Source: Octopus vulgaris (lineage: Eukaryota). Taken from it: a DNA stretch of 64,000 bases. Numbering within the stretch: the stretch's first letter is position 1; every line of letters starts with the position of its first letter. Positions 59,677-64,000 of the stretch are shown one piece after another. The notes under the pieces were generated by a model. That model was not told where the DNA came from. It saw nothing but the letters and a program-made list of their open reading frames with translations, and did not search any database. Where the stretch lies: contig OX597827.1 in NCBI GenBank assembly GCA_951406725.2, forward strand, positions 76,942,001-77,006,000, written 5' to 3'. Position numbers and translations under genes: made by a program.

Positions 59677-60010
59677 GCCCTGACTGGCTTCCGTGCCGGT
59701 GGCACATAAAAAGCACCATCCGTGCCGGTGGCACATAAAAAGCACCATCCGTGCCGGTGGCACATAAAAAGCACCATCCGACCGTGGCCGTTTGCCAGCC
59801 TCGTCTGGCACCTGTGCCGGTGGCACGTAAAAAGCACCCACTACACTCATGGAATGGTTGGCGTTAGGAAGGGCATCCAGCCGTAGAAACATTGCCAGAT
59901 CAGACTGGGCCTGGCGCAGCCTTCTGGCTTCCCAGACCCCAGTTGCACCGTCCAACCCATGCCAGCATGGAAAGCGGACGCTAAACGATGATGATGATGA
60001 TGATGATGAT
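59677..60010 (+). mobile_element. SINE-like family B with a triplicated 29-bp module
   Basis: CCGTGCCGGTGGCACATAAAAAGCACCAT three times at 59691-59777. Confidence 0.85.
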
Positions 60011-60674
60011 ACACACATACACACACGATATAGACACTGTGATGAATTATTTTAATCTTGGCTTTATATAGTCTCTCATCATCTTCATTGTCATCATCTT
60101 CATCATCATCATCATCATCGTCATCGTCGTTGTCGTCATCGTCGTCGTCAACTGGTAGCCTGCGGAACTCAATGGGTTTCAATCTCCATTGGGATAAAAG
60201 AACAAATTTTCTGGAGTTTCTGGGGTTCAGTTGAATGGTGATTAGATAGTAGGGCAGGTTGTGACAGACAGACAGACTGATAGATACTTGATGATAAATA
60301 TCTCAGGTTTTTTTAATCAGCTGAACTGTCTATAATTGACTTGTAATGAAGATGGTTGAGTATTCCATAGTCACAAGTAAACATAATGTAAGCTTCACAA
60401 TTAAAGAAATTGTCCATCCGACAGGCTTCGACACAGTTTCTGTTTATTGAATTTCAATCTGAAAGCTTGGATGAAGCTGAAATTTTGGTTCAAAGAAGAC
60501 ACCTGGCCAACACGTCATGAAGTAGAATTGAACCTGTGACCTTGTGATTGCAAAGCAGGCATCTTGTACATTTGGCCATGCCGACAGCATAAACATATAA
60601 ATACACACACACACGCACACATGAACACACCCACACACACACACACACACACACACTCACTCATTCACACACAT

Positions 60675-60714
<40 letters not shown>

Positions 60715-61089
60715 ACACACACACACACACACATTTCCATTTTATTGCTTCAGTCTAGACATATGCCTCGATGGTCGAGACCTAAATAATTAACAATTAT
60801 TTATAATTATCCATTAATTACTTTGTGTTTTTTGGTGTTTTAATGTGTCTGCGTTTTCAGTGAAGGTAAATGTGTTTGTGTGCATGTATGTGTGTGGGTG
60901 TGCATGCGTGCATGTGTATGTGTGTGTGTGCACATGTATGTGTATGTGTGTGGCTGTGCATGTGTGTGTATATGTGCGCATGTGTGTGTGTGTGTGCACA
61001 TGTATGTGTGTATGTATGACCAAACACTGACCTATCTAGGACAGTGCTGCAACTATTGCTACAGTTGCTGCTGCTGCTGCTACTGCTGT

Positions 61090-61121
<32 letters not shown>

Positions 61122-61224
61122 TTGCTGTTGTTGCTGCTGCTGGTGCTGCTGTCACTATTATTCCATTTATGTCCCTTCTCTACACTGGTATGGGTTAAAC
61201 AGACCATCACAATTCAAATTAGAT

Positions 61225-61880
61225 CTCATTTCTTTATTGCCCACAAGGGGCTAAACACAGAGGTGACAAACAAGGACAGACAAAGGGATTAAGTCGATTA
61301 CATCGACCCCAGTGCGCAACTGGTACTTAATTTATCGACCCCGAAAGGATGAACAGCACAGTCGACCTCGGTGAAAGGCAAAGTCGATCTGGTTCAAAGT
61401 TACTGCCTTCCTAGGTGAACTTGGACACCTCTATCTTGCTCACGCATTCCCCTCTGGTGTGGTTTCTACAGCAAGATAGCTGATCCTTACACCAATCCCT
61501 TTACAGTATATTCAGGGTGCACTTTTATATGTTTCTTTACTACCCACAAGGGGCTAAACACAGAGGGGACAAACAAGGACAGACAAAGAGATTAAGTCGA
61601 TTACATCGAAACCAGCGCGTAACTGGTACTTAATTTATCGACCCCAAAAGGATGAAAGACAAAGTCGACCTTGGCGGAATTTGAGCTTGGAACGTAAAGA
61701 CAGACAAAATATCACTAAGCATTTCACATGGCTTGCTAACGTTTCTGCCAGCTCACAGCCTTAACTTATGGCACTTATTTACTTATGGGAGATATGGACC
61801 CTTTATGAGAAATACACAGACGAAATACGGCTATGCATTTCGCCCGGTGTGCTAACGTTTCTGCCAACTCGCCGCCTCTT
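61225..61880 (-). mobile_element. Cluster of family C SINEs
   Basis: Reverse complement of the 53210-53440 type. Confidence 0.8.
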
Positions 61881-63075
61881 ATAATGGCACCAACACCAGG
61901 GAAGTTCCCATGTCCATAGCCAGATGGAAGATCCCACATGAATCTGTTAGTGTTTCTGCTCAATGACCAACCACTTGACCCACAGAGGACTAAGAGCATT
62001 CTATTGTGGCACCAACACTAGTGATGTTGCCTTGTTCCTCAGAAAGCCATCAGCAGCATCTCTACTGATTGAAGGCGGTGTGACAACAAAAGGGAACAGG
62101 AGAGAAAGTGATGATGAAAGAAACAGAATGGGTGGATGAAGGCAGCAGGAGTTTGATGGGAGAAACAGAGGGATTGGAATAAAATGGTTGTAGAGGAAAG
62201 TGTAGTGGAAGAGAGACAGTGATGGGGGGAGTAAGAAGAGAAAGAGAAGGTCAGAGAGTGGTGGAGGGAGCAATATGGACAGATGTAGAAGGACTGTAGG
62301 CTATAAAGACATCAAAGATGGATTACAGTACAGCTATGTTTGTATGCGACAACCTCAAGTCATGAGTCAAACTGTTATGAAGTAGGTATGTACATATATG
62401 GATGGATTTATATATTATTTGTATTATACATATATACATACATATATCCATATATACATATATAAATTAAATTAGAGACAAAACCACTATTAGGCAAATC
62501 AAACAGTGAAAAACATAAACCAAAAACATAGAAATAAAATTAATCAATATAATATACAAAATATATAAAATATAAAATTCAAAATTTAAATTATTTTAAA
62601 TTTAAAGTTAAAAATTTAAAATTATTAATTTATATTTATAAATTTATATATATATATATATATATATTTTTTTATTATTAAATATATATAACTATCAAAA
62701 AGCATTAAAAAGTTTAATATAAGATATATTATATTTATAATAATAATATTAGGGAATATGATGCCAAACTTGTTTTGTAATTTACTTAATTATGGGTATA
62801 TGTTTTATCGCATATTCTGTTGTGTCTGGGGAGAGTCATTTTCTTTTTGTGCCTTATAATGTAACAGACTCACTGGTAAAATTTCCACTTTTTTCTTACT
62901 TTTGTTTTCCTAAAATTTTCGTTGCGTCTTGCAACCTTTTCAATAATCTTGACTCTTTTATTCTTTTATCATATATTTAATTTTTTTCTATATGGTATGA
63001 TTTACTTATATCATTGTTGAATTGCTACATGGTGGTTCTTCTCTAATTTATAAACATATATTATATATATTTATA

Positions 63076-63133
<58 letters not shown>

Positions 63134-63158
63134 TATTATTTATATATATATATTTATT

Positions 63159-63198
<40 letters not shown>

Positions 63199-63484
63199 AC
63201 AAAGGGTGAAATTATATATTTGGTATATACCAAATATATACGTTTTATTTATTTTTTATTTATTATTTTGCACATTACTTAATCATCGTTATATATTTTA
63301 TCTTATCTTATAAATCTTTCTATATGTAATTTTCTAGATGGTATAATTTAATTTTTCATTATTGAATTGATAAAAGGTGTTTTTTATCTAATTTATATAT
63401 ATTTTTTAATATTTTGTGAAATTTGATTTAGTATTTCTAAATTGAATTTTTCCCTGTAAGTTTGGAATAATATTCCCTCATATT

Positions 63485-63747
63485 TGCCAGCACTGCCTTG
63501 GCTGGCTTCCATGCCAGTGGCAAGTTAAAAGCACCAACCGATCATGGCCAATGCAAGACCCCCCTGGCACCTGTGCAGGTGGCACGTAAAAAGCACCCAC
63601 TATACTCATGGAGTGGTTGGCGTTAGGAAGGGCGTCCAGCTGTAGAAACACTGCCAGATCAGACTGGAGCCTGGTGCAGCCTCCTGGCTTCCCAGACCCC
63701 GGTCGAACTGTCCAACCCATGCTAGCATGGAAAACAGACGTAAACGA

Positions 63748-63752
<5 letters not shown>
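63485..63752 (+). mobile_element. SINE-like family B, 3' part
   Basis: Shared modules and tail. Confidence 0.85.
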
Positions 63753-63784
<32 letters not shown>

Positions 63785-63785
63785 C

Positions 63786-63818
<33 letters not shown>

Positions 63819-63962
63819 TGTGTATTATAGACAAAAGTAGAAAGCATTAATTATCATCCAAGCATCATGAAATTACTAATGAAGACAGTCATGCAATATC
63901 AATATATATAATCACCATAAGCATGGGAAAATGTATGTGTGTGTATGTATATATGTGTGTGT

Positions 63963-63994
<32 letters not shown>

Positions 63995-64000
63995 CCATAT

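Noticed and set aside
59691-59790. CRISPR-like short repeats (29-bp modules with hairpin)
   Set aside because: Directly tandem with no unique spacers, inside a eukaryotic retroposon, and no cas genes

Overview
Eukaryotic, repeat-saturated, apparently non-coding DNA. From recalled repeat families it looks like an Octopus (coleoid cephalopod) genome, which is an inference. No host protein-coding gene can be supported. Almost all ORFs in the track are translations of (CA)n, (TA)n, (GA)n, (GATA)n, (GGT)n and (CAT)n microsatellites or of SINEs. Recognisable content: at least five SINE-like families (dozens of copies); a Helitron remnant with a PIF1-type helicase fragment and a complete non-autonomous Helitron; a mariner deletion derivative; tandem piggyBac-like (TTAA) MITEs; RTE-type LINE fragments; and two long, nearly SINE-free G/T-rich simple-repeat domains, one with promoter-like motifs. 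The main unannotated signal, read by eye, is about 25 minimal type I hammerhead ribozyme (HHR) motifs in about 12 sequence-unrelated short elements, mostly inserted in (TA)n tracts. Nine have a canonical core with plausible stems. Each family has its own self-complementary stem III, as in dimer-type HHRs of Penelope-like elements and retrozymes. Several occur as head-to-head inverted pairs broken at or just upstream of the catalytic core, and one lies downstream of a tRNA-like Pol III head. All folds are manual and activity is untested.
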